Shown: in pieces, positions 50,742 to 59,799 of the stretch
Numbering within the stretch: position 1 is the first letter of the stretch
Layout of the letters: every line of letters begins with the position of its first letter
Origin: a virus
Virus record (IMG/VR): IMGVR_UViG_3300042523_000478
Span: 27,987 to 91,986 of that record
DNA: 64,000 nt
Strand: one strand, 5' to 3'
Notes under the pieces: generated by a model
The model's input: the letters and a program-made list of their open reading frames with translations, nothing else
What the model was told of the DNA's origin: nothing
The model's database searches: none
Program-made: the position numbers and the translations under genes

Positions 50742-52796
50742 ATGATAGAATTTATTGATGAGGGAGATAAAAATAAAAAAAAACCTGAAGGGGGTGGAAC
50801 ACCAGTTTTAGATAATTTTAGTAAAGATTTAATTAAACTTGCAAGTCAAGGAAAATTAGACACAGTGATTGGTCGTGAAAAAGAGATTTTAAGAATTGCC
50901 CAAGTATTGTCAAGAAGGAAAAAAAATAACCCCATCATTATTGGAGAACCTGGAGCGGGTAAAACGGCAATAGTTGAGGGTCTTGCAATGATGATACATA
51001 ATGGGGATTGTCCTAAAAATTTATCCGAAAAAAGAATTGTTTCGTTAGACATTAATTCAGTTGTTGCTGGTACAAAATATAGAGGTCAATTTGAAGAGAG
51101 AATGAAGGTGATTATTGAAGAGATACAAAGTAACCCAGATATAATTATTTTTATAGATGAGGTACACACAATGGTTGGTGCGGGTAATAGTTCAGGGTCA
51201 TTAGATGCATCAAATATATTCAAACCAGCATTATCTCGTGGTGAAATACAATGTATTGGGGCCACAACATTAGACGAATACCGTAAACATTTTGAAAAGG
51301 ACGGAGCTCTTGAAAGAAGGTTTCAAAAAATAATTGTAGACCCTTCAACAAAAGAAGAAACATTAGAAATTTTAAAACAAAGTAAGGGTAAATACGAAGA
51401 ACACCATAATGTGAATTATAGTGATGAGTCATTACGTTTATGTGTAGAATTGGCAGATAGATATATAACAGACCGAGAATTTCCAGATAAGGCGTTTGAT
51501 ATCTTAGATGAGGTCGGTTCAAGAATGCAAATAGATATTAAACTCCCAGAACATATTGAAAAATTAAAACAGATATCTCAAGATATAAAAAGGGAAAAGG
51601 CTGAGGTTATTAAAAAACAAAACTATGAGTTAGCGGCAGAACTTAGAGATAGGGAAAAAAATATATTAACACAATTAGAGGCTGGAAAAAGAAAATTTGA
51701 GGAAGAACTTAAAAATAGTAAAAGACATATTCCAGAAGATTTAATTTATGAAGTTGTGTCTAATATGACTAAAATTCCTGTAAGTAAAATTAATATTGAT
51801 GAAAAAAATTCATTAGTTAGTCTTGAAAAGACTTTAAATTCTACGGTTATTGGTCAAGAGGATGCGGTTGGAAAAATATCAAAATCAATTAGAAGAAATA
51901 GAGTTGGTATTAAAGATCCTAATAGACCTATTGGGTCATTTATTTTCTTGGGGTCAACCGGTGTTGGTAAAACGTTTTTGGCTAAAAGATTGGCTAAAGA
52001 AATTTTTGGTAATGAAGATAGTTTAATTAGAGTTGATATGTCTGAATACCAAGAAAAACACACCATCTCTAGATTAATTGGGTCACCTCCAGGATACGTT
52101 GGTCACGAAGAAGGTGGACAACTTACAGAACAAGTTAAAAACAAACCATATTCGGTTATTTTATTTGATGAAATTGAAAAAGCAAATAAAGACATATTTT
52201 CAACATTACTCCAGATGTTAGATGATGGACATATGACTGATGGTCTTGGTAGAAAAATCAATTTTAAAAATTGTTTAATAATTATGACATCAAACATTGG
52301 GGTTAGAAAAGTTCAAGAGTTTGGTGGAGGAATGGGATTTAAAACAAACAATACAAGTGAGGAAGTTCTTGAGGAACATAAAAGAGACATTATTAAAAAG
52401 GAATTAAGTAAGTTTTTTGCTCCTGAATTTTTAAATAGAATTGATGATGTAATTATCTTTAATTCACTTAAAAAAGAACATGTGGATAAAATAGTTAAAC
52501 TTGAGATCGATATCCTTATTAAAAGATTAAAATCAATGAGATATAATTTTACATATGAAGAATCTGTTGTTACGATCATATCTAAGGTGGGGTTTGATGA
52601 AACATACGGAGCAAGACCAATTAAAAGGGCAATCCAAAATAAGATTGAAGATTTAATTTCAGAAAAAATACTTCTTAGTGAAGTTGTTGAGGGTACCGAA
52701 TATATGTTACTTGTAAAAGAGGGTGAGGAGATTGTAATTGAAGACCACACAATTCAGGAACCAAAGAAACGAGGTAGAAAGAAAAAGGAGGATTAA
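50742..52796 (+). CDS. clpC: ClpC-type AAA+ unfoldase lacking the N-terminal repeat domain
   Basis: Two AAA modules (GEPGAGKT, GSTGVGKT), UVR-like M domain NYELAAELRDRE and an MGF ClpP-docking-type loop. Confidence 0.85.
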   Translation: MIEFIDEGDKNKKKPEGGGTPVLDNFSKDLIKLASQGKLDTVIGREKEILRIAQVLSRRKKNNPIIIGEPGAGKTAIVEGLAMMIHNGDCPKNLSEKRIVSLDINSVVAGTKYRGQFEERMKVIIEEIQSNPDIIIFIDEVHTMVGAGNSSGSLDASNIFKPALSRGEIQCIGATTLDEYRKHFEKDGALERRFQKIIVDPSTKEETLEILKQSKGKYEEHHNVNYSDESLRLCVELADRYITDREFPDKAFDILDEVGSRMQIDIKLPEHIEKLKQISQDIKREKAEVIKKQNYELAAELRDREKNILTQLEAGKRKFEEELKNSKRHIPEDLIYEVVSNMTKIPVSKINIDEKNSLVSLEKTLNSTVIGQEDAVGKISKSIRRNRVGIKDPNRPIGSFIFLGSTGVGKTFLAKRLAKEIFGNEDSLIRVDMSEYQEKHTISRLIGSPPGYVGHEEGGQLTEQVKNKPYSVILFDEIEKANKDIFSTLLQMLDDGHMTDGLGRKINFKNCLIIMTSNIGVRKVQEFGGGMGFKTNNTSEEVLEEHKRDIIKKELSKFFAPEFLNRIDDVIIFNSLKKEHVDKIVKLEIDILIKRLKSMRYNFTYEESVVTIISKVGFDETYGARPIKRAIQNKIEDLISEKILLSEVVEGTEYMLLVKEGEEIVIEDHTIQEPKKRGRKKKED

Positions 52797-52812
52797 AAAC
52801 CCTCCATTTTTA

Positions 52813-53583
52813 TTATTTTACATCATAAACACCATAAGGAATATCCCCTAAAGAGTTTTCCCTTTTAAATTCCCTTACTTTTTGTTTAAATTTATCTAAA
52901 TATTGTTCAGGTATCTTAACACAAACTCTTTTAATTTTCCGTTTTGGGTTTGGTCCTGGTTTTGGTTTAATTACTTTTTTATTAACAATTTTTGGTCCTG
53001 GTTCTGGTATATATGTATTAGTATTGTCACCTTTTTCAGCTTTAATTGGTACGTTCATTGTTCCTACACCAGATATTGATGCGGAAACATATTGTTCTTT
53101 TGTTGAAGCCGCGCTATCTTTTACTGTTGATTTACCAATAACTGTTGCTCCTGGCGTTACATTCAATCTTAGTGATTGCGAATTATCTTTTATAAGTTTT
53201 ATTAAATTATCCCTTCTTCTTGTAGCCAAAGATTTATTATTATAACCAGAAGAACTATTAACGGCTGAAGCCCCACCATTCACAATAACATTAACACTAC
53301 CTTTTGTTACTTTTAATAAGTCAGATATTGTAAGTAATATTTCTTTAATTTTTGGGTCATTTTTATTAATTATATCAATACCGTTTGAAAATGTAGAACT
53401 ACCGTATGATGTTATAGTATATGGGATATTAAATCCATTTGGATATTTTTTTTTCTGTCTGTCTTCAGAACTTATATCCTGACCACCTAAAGCTTCAGAA
53501 ATTAAATAATGATTTTTTGTTGCGTCTTTATGTTGATTAAGTATGTTTTTCTTTTCTTCTTCTGTAATTATAAATTTTTTCAT
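52813..53583 (-). CDS. Hypothetical protein with OmpA-C-like domain and N-terminal propeptide motif
   Basis: F..G....VNGGASAV...NKSLATRRRDNL...EQYV; begins MKKFIITEEEKKNILNQH...LISE. Confidence 0.5.
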   Translation of the reverse strand: MKKFIITEEEKKNILNQHKDATKNHYLISEALGGQDISSEDRQKKKYPNGFNIPYTITSYGSSTFSNGIDIINKNDPKIKEILLTISDLLKVTKGSVNVIVNGGASAVNSSSGYNNKSLATRRRDNLIKLIKDNSQSLRLNVTPGATVIGKSTVKDSAASTKEQYVSASISGVGTMNVPIKAEKGDNTNTYIPEPGPKIVNKKVIKPKPGPNPKRKIKRVCVKIPEQYLDKFKQKVREFKRENSLGDIPYGVYDVK

Positions 53584-53622
53584 ATTTGATTTTTATTATA
53601 AATATAATAAACTATGAAAAAA

Positions 53623-54408
53623 TTAATGTTTGGTGTAACCTAAATTTTCAATCATTAACTTACCAACCTTAATTCCGTTATAGGTATCCTCAACAACAAC
53701 ATACTCATTTCTTGTATGATAGTTGTAATATCCAATGGAGATATTAAAACAAGACAGACCAAAGTTTTTATTTAGTGGGTATATGTCAGTATATGGGTGC
53801 CTATGATATTTTGTATCTCCAGGAAAATGTTCCGTTATCAAACTACCCCCAACGTTAAAGAATTCACTATCTCTATTAAACATTGGTCTGTTCATTAGAA
53901 ATTCTGAAATCATATTGTTTTCTGGAGCGTCGAATTGAATTACGTACCCGACATTAGTGAAGAATTCAGGATCCGCATTAAACGAACCTTTACATCCTGT
54001 TTCCTCAGCAACAAAAAATGCCGCTTTAAGGTTCGGTAATTCATTTAAAAGTTCCAAACAACCATACACACCACACTTATCATCACCGCCAATACCGGTT
54101 GGTTCGCCATCATTATTGTAAGCCTTTAAAGAAAGTTTAATTTCTTTCTGGGCATTAGGTAATTGTTCTTCAACAACATTGATTGAATCAATTGTATGTA
54201 CGGTATCCGTATGTGCAACCACACAAGGAAAATAATCAATATTCTCATCAGTTTGTTTTGTGGCGTAGATATTGTAAAATTGGTCAACGTAGAAGGGGAT
54301 TTTATTTTCCTCCAACCAAGTTGTTATAAAATCAATCATCAAATCTTCTTGATAAGTTTTTGTGGGAACAGATAAAACCTGTTTTAATAACTCAAAATTT
54401 CTTTCCAT
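53623..54408 (-). CDS. M20/M28-family zinc peptidase
   Basis: AHTDTVH, GGDDKCG, AEETG, QFD, YYNYHT. Confidence 0.8.
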   Translation of the reverse strand: MERNFELLKQVLSVPTKTYQEDLMIDFITTWLEENKIPFYVDQFYNIYATKQTDENIDYFPCVVAHTDTVHTIDSINVVEEQLPNAQKEIKLSLKAYNNDGEPTGIGGDDKCGVYGCLELLNELPNLKAAFFVAEETGCKGSFNADPEFFTNVGYVIQFDAPENNMISEFLMNRPMFNRDSEFFNVGGSLITEHFPGDTKYHRHPYTDIYPLNKNFGLSCFNISIGYYNYHTRNEYVVVEDTYNGIKVGKLMIENLGYTKH

Positions 54409-54412
54409 ACCA

Positions 54413-54420
54413 CAAATATA
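54413..54420 (-). promoter_or_regulatory. Host-type -7 element, probably giving a leaderless mRNA
   Basis: TATATTTG-TGGT-ATG. Confidence 0.55.
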
Positions 54421-54435
54421 TAAAACTTATTTGAA

Positions 54436-55524
54436 TTAAAAAAATCTTTCTATTATTATTCTACTTTCTTTAAACAATTCTGGATGGTAAAGGAATAAGT
54501 TTAACCCTTCAAAATCAACGGATCTGTCTTTTGTTATTGATCTAAGGGAACCATCATAATCCGGGTGACTAGTATCATATTGAACAACTAAACGAACTTT
54601 ATTTGTCATTGGATCAATACCTTTAATTACATATTTTATTGTTTTATCTTTTGGTAAAGTTAATACATTTTTAAATCCACCAAGTTCAATAATCTTATTT
54701 AATAAATTTTTATACTCTTCAATATCAACATACTTATCAGAATCTTCAATTTCATCACTTATTTTATCTAATATGTTAGACACATCCCTTTGAAATCCCT
54801 CACTATCAAAGTCGTTACAATACGTGTTATATTCCAACTCATACCAACCACCGATATTAGTTTTTGTGTATCTACTAATTAATAAGGTTAAAAGTTCCTT
54901 TAGGTCGTATGTGGGACACTTTAATTGTTTATACCAATGATATATAATCCCAACATTTGTTTCATATCTACGTCCATTATATATTTCTTTTATTCCAAAT
55001 CTAACATATGGATTTTTTGTTTCACTATTAATTTCTTCTTTTACTGCCCTTTCTATACAGTCACGATCTCTATAACCATATTCATAAATTATTTCATCAC
55101 TTTCACTTGGGAATGACTGAGTTAAAAATTGCGCTATTTTATCCTTATCTCCACCAATTAATGAAGGATTTAAAAACCTTAAAATATTATTAAGTTTTAG
55201 GGTGTTAGATTCATCAAAATTATCCAATAAATAACCTTCTCTAAAATCCTCTTCGTATCTATAATAATCTATGTCAGAACCATAACTATCATAATTAAAT
55301 CTTCTATATGTGTATATATCATCATCATCATCAACACCCAGAGTGTATAAAAAATCCTCCTCATCTGGAAATTCAATAATAATAGTACTTGCTTTTTTAT
55401 TATCCTTGTCTTGACTAATATAATCCACCAGTTTGTCATCAGTATATATGGTTCTATTCCAGGACACATCTTCTCCTTTAACTAATTCGTCTAGCAATTC
55501 ATATAACTCACTATTTTTCTCCAT
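54436..55524 (-). CDS. Hypothetical acidic protein
   Basis: ORF track; late motif upstream. Confidence 0.7.
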   Translation of the reverse strand: MEKNSELYELLDELVKGEDVSWNRTIYTDDKLVDYISQDKDNKKASTIIIEFPDEEDFLYTLGVDDDDDIYTYRRFNYDSYGSDIDYYRYEEDFREGYLLDNFDESNTLKLNNILRFLNPSLIGGDKDKIAQFLTQSFPSESDEIIYEYGYRDRDCIERAVKEEINSETKNPYVRFGIKEIYNGRRYETNVGIIYHWYKQLKCPTYDLKELLTLLISRYTKTNIGGWYELEYNTYCNDFDSEGFQRDVSNILDKISDEIEDSDKYVDIEEYKNLLNKIIELGGFKNVLTLPKDKTIKYVIKGIDPMTNKVRLVVQYDTSHPDYDGSLRSITKDRSVDFEGLNLFLYHPELFKESRIIIERFF

Positions 55525-55545
55525 ATAAAATAAATATCAAAAAAT

Positions 55546-55576
55546 TTTGATTATTGTAATTTTACATTTATATTTG
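55546..55576 (+). promoter_or_regulatory. Bacteroidota-type promoter of tmRNA
   Basis: TTTG - 19 nt - TATATTTG, followed by boxA-like AAGTTATTTGACAT. Confidence 0.75.
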
Positions 55577-55607
55577 TATTTATAATATAACAAGTTATTT
55601 GACATAT

Positions 55608-56007
55608 GGGGGTGTTTTTGGATTTGACAGGTATTGGCTGAAGACAAAGGGCACGTGGAGACTGAATTAATCTCCTTAAAAACTGATTCACAAAAACAAT
55701 CGGCGACGTTTTATCGAAAATGGAAACTCTTGGTTTACTAAGAGGTTCTGAAGTTACTGTAGCCTAATAGGTTTACGGAAACGGGGGGTCGGTCAGACAG
55801 ATAACCTAGCAACAGAAGTCGTTGATGAGTTTGTTTTCACTCTAAAAGAAGACAAAACGGGCGTGGTTCCCCGTAAGAACTACCACCGTCGCTGAGTGGT
55901 GTGAGAACTCAGATATTTCGGAAGGTATAACAAACCTTGACCTAAACGTGTAGTCCTTCTCTGACAGGATATTATGGACCGGAGTTCGAGCCTCCGCACC
56001 TCCACCA
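55608..56007 (+). ncRNA. ssrA: tmRNA
   Basis: 5' GGGGGTG pairs with 3' CACCTCC-A-CCA with G3.U70; GGATTTGAC D-like loop; T arm CGGAG-TTCGAGC-CTCCG; internal tag ORF 55702-55767. Confidence 0.92.
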
Positions 56008-56013
56008 AATGTA

Positions 56014-56041
56014 AACCTCATCTTCGGATGGGGTTTTTTTA
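56014..56041 (+). terminator. tmRNA terminator
   Basis: AAACCTCATC-TTCG-GATGGGGTTT followed by a T-run. Confidence 0.85.
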
Positions 56042-56137
56042 TGCGCCATAATTATATTTTAGTGTTGTGCGAATATTATATTTTAAAGCACAAAAAAACC
56101 CACCAAAAGGTAGGTTCCGTTTTAAAATAATATAAAA

Positions 56138-56311
56138 TTATTTTTTTGTTGTGTCAGAAACAACTTCACTTGTTGTTAAAGTAGAATCTGATACGTTTGT
56201 TACTTCCTCAGTCGAAACTTCAGTTGTTGCTCCATTTCCGTTTTCACCACAAGCCGTCATAAGAGTGATTGTCGTAAAAATAGCGATAGAAAAGAAAATT
56301 AATTTTTGCAT
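56138..56311 (-). CDS. 57-aa lipoprotein (not in ORF track)
   Basis: MQKLIFFSIAIFTTITLMTA-CGENG...; lipobox Cys21; Ser/Thr/Glu-rich tail; terminator at ~56092-56118. Confidence 0.75.
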   Translation of the reverse strand: MQKLIFFSIAIFTTITLMTACGENGNGATTEVSTEEVTNVSDSTLTTSEVVSDTTKK

Positions 56312-56349
56312 GCTTTCAATTTAATTTAAAGTTTATGTTAAAAATAAAA

Positions 56350-57215
56350 ACCTGAGATTACAGTTTTTTTTAAGTGTCTTTCGAGTCATTATTGGTTCTA
56401 CTCTTATCCACAGGATTTTGTCCCGTAACACTCATTACCGATTGGTTAGACCAATCACCCCTTGACGATACAACTACTCTCTTACTACTCCTGTCTCCCC
56501 AAGATTGCGTCCTGGTTCGGTCTTCGACGACCTAGAGATTTTTCATAAAAATACGGTCAAACTTGCGGTTATCACGTTCCACTGACAGCCAGTGAATAGG
56601 TGGGTAACTTCCGTTATATCGTAACGAACACTTTTGCTTTTTAGTTATAAGTTTTACCTTTTCTATAAAAGTTTTTGTGTTGTGGATTGATCAAAGTTGT
56701 GGTCCGTCTTAAGCTTCATTATCTTTTGAATAACAAAATACCAAACAACTCCGTGAAATGTCCCCATTTCAATATTTCAAGACTACTTCGAAACTAACCC
56801 CTTGGTAGAAGTTGGTTAAGGTCAATAACGGCACCACCCGTACATTAACATACCTTTCGGTTTTAAGTATCCTATGATACTGGAACCCGCAATAACAACA
56901 TTGGAAATATTGATTCATGCAACGTCCCTACGAGTTATTCCTATTAGAGTTCCCTCCTCAACAAGATGACCCACATCACCTCGTCATAAAATCACTTTCC
57001 CTACACCGTTGGCCTCGGTACTAAAGATTTTATGGTATCTCGCCTGTGTACTCGACCTCAATATTCCGAAGACTATTAAGACGCAAACCCGTTACACTTG
57101 GGGGTCACTTTATCCTACTTTCGTAGTTTATTTTATGGACTATACACGGCCCAATATCTTTATCAGTTTCACTCTTAAACCCGAAGGTTCTTAAGATAAT
57201 CCTGAACGGATAATA
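56350..57215 (-). ncRNA. Large ornate structured RNA (~860 nt), GOLLD-like
   Basis: No credible ORF, GC above flanks, many GNRA/UUCG-capped hairpins and AGUA/GAA E-loop-like motifs, 3' GCAAAAG...GUAAUCUCAGG; preceded by tandem promoters and boxA. Family name is from recall and needs a covariance-model check. Confidence 0.7.
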
Positions 57216-57223
57216 TCTAAAAT

Positions 57224-57377
57224 TTCAAAGAACTTTATCGGACGTTTCCGATTTGTTTTACAAAGATAAGAATACTTTTTGAATTTTCCAAATTTTTTCT
57301 AAACTTTTTTTTATTTCTTATTTGGACGTTTCCAAATTTGTTTTACAAAGTTACAACATTTATTTTCTTTTGTCAAG
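57224..57377 (-). promoter_or_regulatory. Tandem Bacteroidota-type promoters with duplicated hairpin and boxA-like element
   Basis: TTTG-N20-TATCTTTG (57261-57292) and CTTG-N20-TAACTTTG (57346-57377), each followed by TAAAACAAAT..GGAAACGTCC; AAGTTCTTTGAAAT follows the proximal copy. Confidence 0.75.
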
Positions 57378-57394
57378 TACTTTGTGAACTTTTT

Positions 57395-57541
57395 TTAGTA
57401 TTTTTCCATAAACACTTTTTTGGTTCCGTATTTACGAGCCTGAGCGTGAGCGAACTCCTCATTTGGTGTGTAATACGTTTTTCCGTCGGATCCTAAATAA
57501 TAGAATAATCTATTCTCCTCCATTTTTGTTTCTTCATTCAT
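57395..57541 (-). CDS. 48-aa hypothetical protein (not in ORF track)
   Basis: MNEETKMEENRLFYYLGSDGKTYYTPNEEFAHAQARKYGTKKVFMEKY; host-type promoter upstream (~57600). Confidence 0.6.
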   Translation of the reverse strand: MNEETKMEENRLFYYLGSDGKTYYTPNEEFAHAQARKYGTKKVFMEKY

Positions 57542-57635
57542 ACTTATGTATTTTTTAAAGGGTTAATATTAAAAGAACTTGTTTTTTGTAATTATGATTC
57601 AAATTTAATACAAATATTTTGATTTAACAATATTT

Positions 57636-59279
57636 TCAAAGAAGTTTTTTCATAATATTTTTCATTCGAATAATATCTTCATTAATATCTTCTTTTTTTT
57701 CTCCATAAATTTCGTCAAATTTTTTAAAAAATTGTTTTAATTTATCTAAATTAATTTCACTTTTTTTGTTGTTTTCATCGTTAACAGAAACAACAAATTT
57801 TTCAGCAATTTTTTTAACTTCCTCTTTATTAAAATCTTCGTTATTTAATTTTTTATCAAAATAATTTAAACATTCTTCTAAAGATTTAAAATCTTCGGTT
57901 TTAACAGAAGTCATCAAACCTTCAACATCAGAATCAATTTCAACAGATTCTTTTATTGATCCTCCAGTATAATATATGTGCCAAGGTTCTGATTCTCTTA
58001 AAACTCCTTTTGATGGGTACGACACTTTAAACCCATAATCTGGGGCGTTATCTTTTAACCAATTTTTAAGTTCTGGTCTTGAATTCCACCATCCAGGTTC
58101 AGTACTAAAAAGGTCAAAAGTTTTACCAGTACTATGTTGTGAAAACCCAGGTAAAGCACTCCATTTTTGTCTATCCGAAATTTTCTTTTCAGAATTAGGT
58201 TTTTTACAGAAAGTACGTATTTGTGTAGTGTAAGACCTCCAATCAGATACAACGGTATATTTTTTAACTTCCGGGTATTTTAATGCAAATGCCGATAATA
58301 ATTTTAGTAATGATTTTTTTGCGTTAGGATCAATACCTCCATTATCTGGATAATAATCAACCCCTTCTTGAGATTTTTCCAATTTAATGTGGTTACTTGT
58401 TATTTTTTCATTAAAACAATCCTCAACCCCTTTTAAAGCTATTTTTATTTCTGATGGTAAATCGTTAATAATGTCTTTATATTCATCAGAATCTTCAACA
58501 TCATCATCAGAATCTTCAACGTCACCTAATTTCCATAGAACAATAGATACAAATACTATTTGTGTGTAGATATTAGTAATACCATCTGCCTTTAACTTAG
58601 TTAATACGGACTCTATTGTTTTTTTCTCTTCTTTAGAAAAACTATCATATATTAATTTGTTAATGACCGTACCATCAACCTTTGTTGGTTCAGTTACTTC
58701 CTCTTTGGAGTTATTAGTTGGTGGTGCTGAGGATACTCCAGTTTTATTTGAAATGTGTAAATGGTTGTAATGATTCCCTCCAGTGTTTGTATGCCATAAA
58801 ACCGCCTTGTCATTACCCCTCTCGGTATTCCACGTATATCCCATTGACACTAAAGCGTTTTTTAATTTAAACCCCAAATTTCTAAATTTTTCCAACCCAT
58901 TTGTTGAGTTACTAGCACCTCCGGAACCAATACCGTCTAATATTGCAACATCAACACCGGTACCGTTCATATGTCTACTTATACTCTTAGACCCTTTTAC
59001 TGTTCTATTATGTCCTGTTTTAGCGGTAGTTATTGTTGCAACAACTCCTACAGATTTTGCCGCAGAATTTATATCATCTAATAACGGTTTATTTACAGAA
59101 TCGTTTTGAGTTCCATCCTTATCATATTTTAGGTTACTATAACCAGTACTACTAAGTTTAACTAAATTATAATCTTCATTAATAATATTTTTGTTATTCA
59201 ATATGTAATAATACTTTGAAACGATTTCTTTTATTATATCATTTTCTTTTATACCATTTTTATAAAAATTATTTCTCAT
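57636..59279 (-). CDS. Peptidoglycan hydrolase with two M15-like zinc peptidase domains
   Basis: Domain 1 SRHMNGTGVD...HYNHLH; domain 2 (VanY-like) SDWRSY..Q...PGFSQHSTGKTFD...EPWH. True start is probably the ATG at 59279, 4 nt after TATTTAT. Confidence 0.75.
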   Translation of the reverse strand: MRNNFYKNGIKENDIIKEIVSKYYYILNNKNIINEDYNLVKLSSTGYSNLKYDKDGTQNDSVNKPLLDDINSAAKSVGVVATITTAKTGHNRTVKGSKSISRHMNGTGVDVAILDGIGSGGASNSTNGLEKFRNLGFKLKNALVSMGYTWNTERGNDKAVLWHTNTGGNHYNHLHISNKTGVSSAPPTNNSKEEVTEPTKVDGTVINKLIYDSFSKEEKKTIESVLTKLKADGITNIYTQIVFVSIVLWKLGDVEDSDDDVEDSDEYKDIINDLPSEIKIALKGVEDCFNEKITSNHIKLEKSQEGVDYYPDNGGIDPNAKKSLLKLLSAFALKYPEVKKYTVVSDWRSYTTQIRTFCKKPNSEKKISDRQKWSALPGFSQHSTGKTFDLFSTEPGWWNSRPELKNWLKDNAPDYGFKVSYPSKGVLRESEPWHIYYTGGSIKESVEIDSDVEGLMTSVKTEDFKSLEECLNYFDKKLNNEDFNKEEVKKIAEKFVVSVNDENNKKSEINLDKLKQFFKKFDEIYGEKKEDINEDIIRMKNIMKKLL

Positions 59280-59292
59280 GTTAATAAATATA

Positions 59293-59763
59293 TCATACAA
59301 ATGAAAACCATTCAGGTTTCTCTCTATTCTTCCAAGAAACAATTTTTGACTTAGCTTCTTTATAATAATTTCGGTAAGATTCAATAACGTTATTACCAAT
59401 TTTAAACTCTTCTCCCATCGCCAATGGAGGTGAGGTAAAATCAACATCGTGGATATTTGGTTTGTTTATTAAACACCACTCTATTACGTCCTGAGACTTA
59501 TGTCTTCTACCATATCGGTATGTATATTCCTTACATAACTCTAATCCTAAATCACATAAATAAAGATAATTTGAAAGGGATTCTCTAACCCATATTGAAC
59601 ACGGGTGATTTTTGTGGGATAATTTATATGGAGCCTCATTTCCTATTACCCAGTGAGTCCCACATAATAATTGTGCGGTTTCCAATATCATTTTAACTAC
59701 GTGTTTATCACAATGATATTGAGCACATTTTTTTGTATCAAAATCTAAAAAGAAAATATTCAT
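59293..59763 (-). CDS. Pyrimidine-dimer DNA glycosylase / endonuclease V-like protein
   Basis: MNIFFLD....CAQYHCDKHVVKMILETAQLL, HKNHPC..W, EYTYRYG..HKS. Confidence 0.75.
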   Translation of the reverse strand: MNIFFLDFDTKKCAQYHCDKHVVKMILETAQLLCGTHWVIGNEAPYKLSHKNHPCSIWVRESLSNYLYLCDLGLELCKEYTYRYGRRHKSQDVIEWCLINKPNIHDVDFTSPPLAMGEEFKIGNNVIESYRNYYKEAKSKIVSWKNREKPEWFSFV

Positions 59764-59799
59764 ACCGTAAAGATATGAACTTTATTTGATTCTACAAAA

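Noticed and set aside
57009-57194. 61-aa plus-strand ORF
   Set aside because: Antisense to the large structured RNA, TTG start, no expression signals.
1025-59109. Numerous short ORFs antisense or out of frame to long genes (e.g. 1025, 24251, 38255, 41376, 48701, 52313)
   Set aside because: Typical shadow frames of repetitive or biased coding sequence, with no independent signals.
59280-59447. N-terminal extension of the 603-aa ORF overlapping the glycosylase gene
   Set aside because: The ATG at 59279 follows TATTTAT and removes the overlap; the extension is likely not translated.
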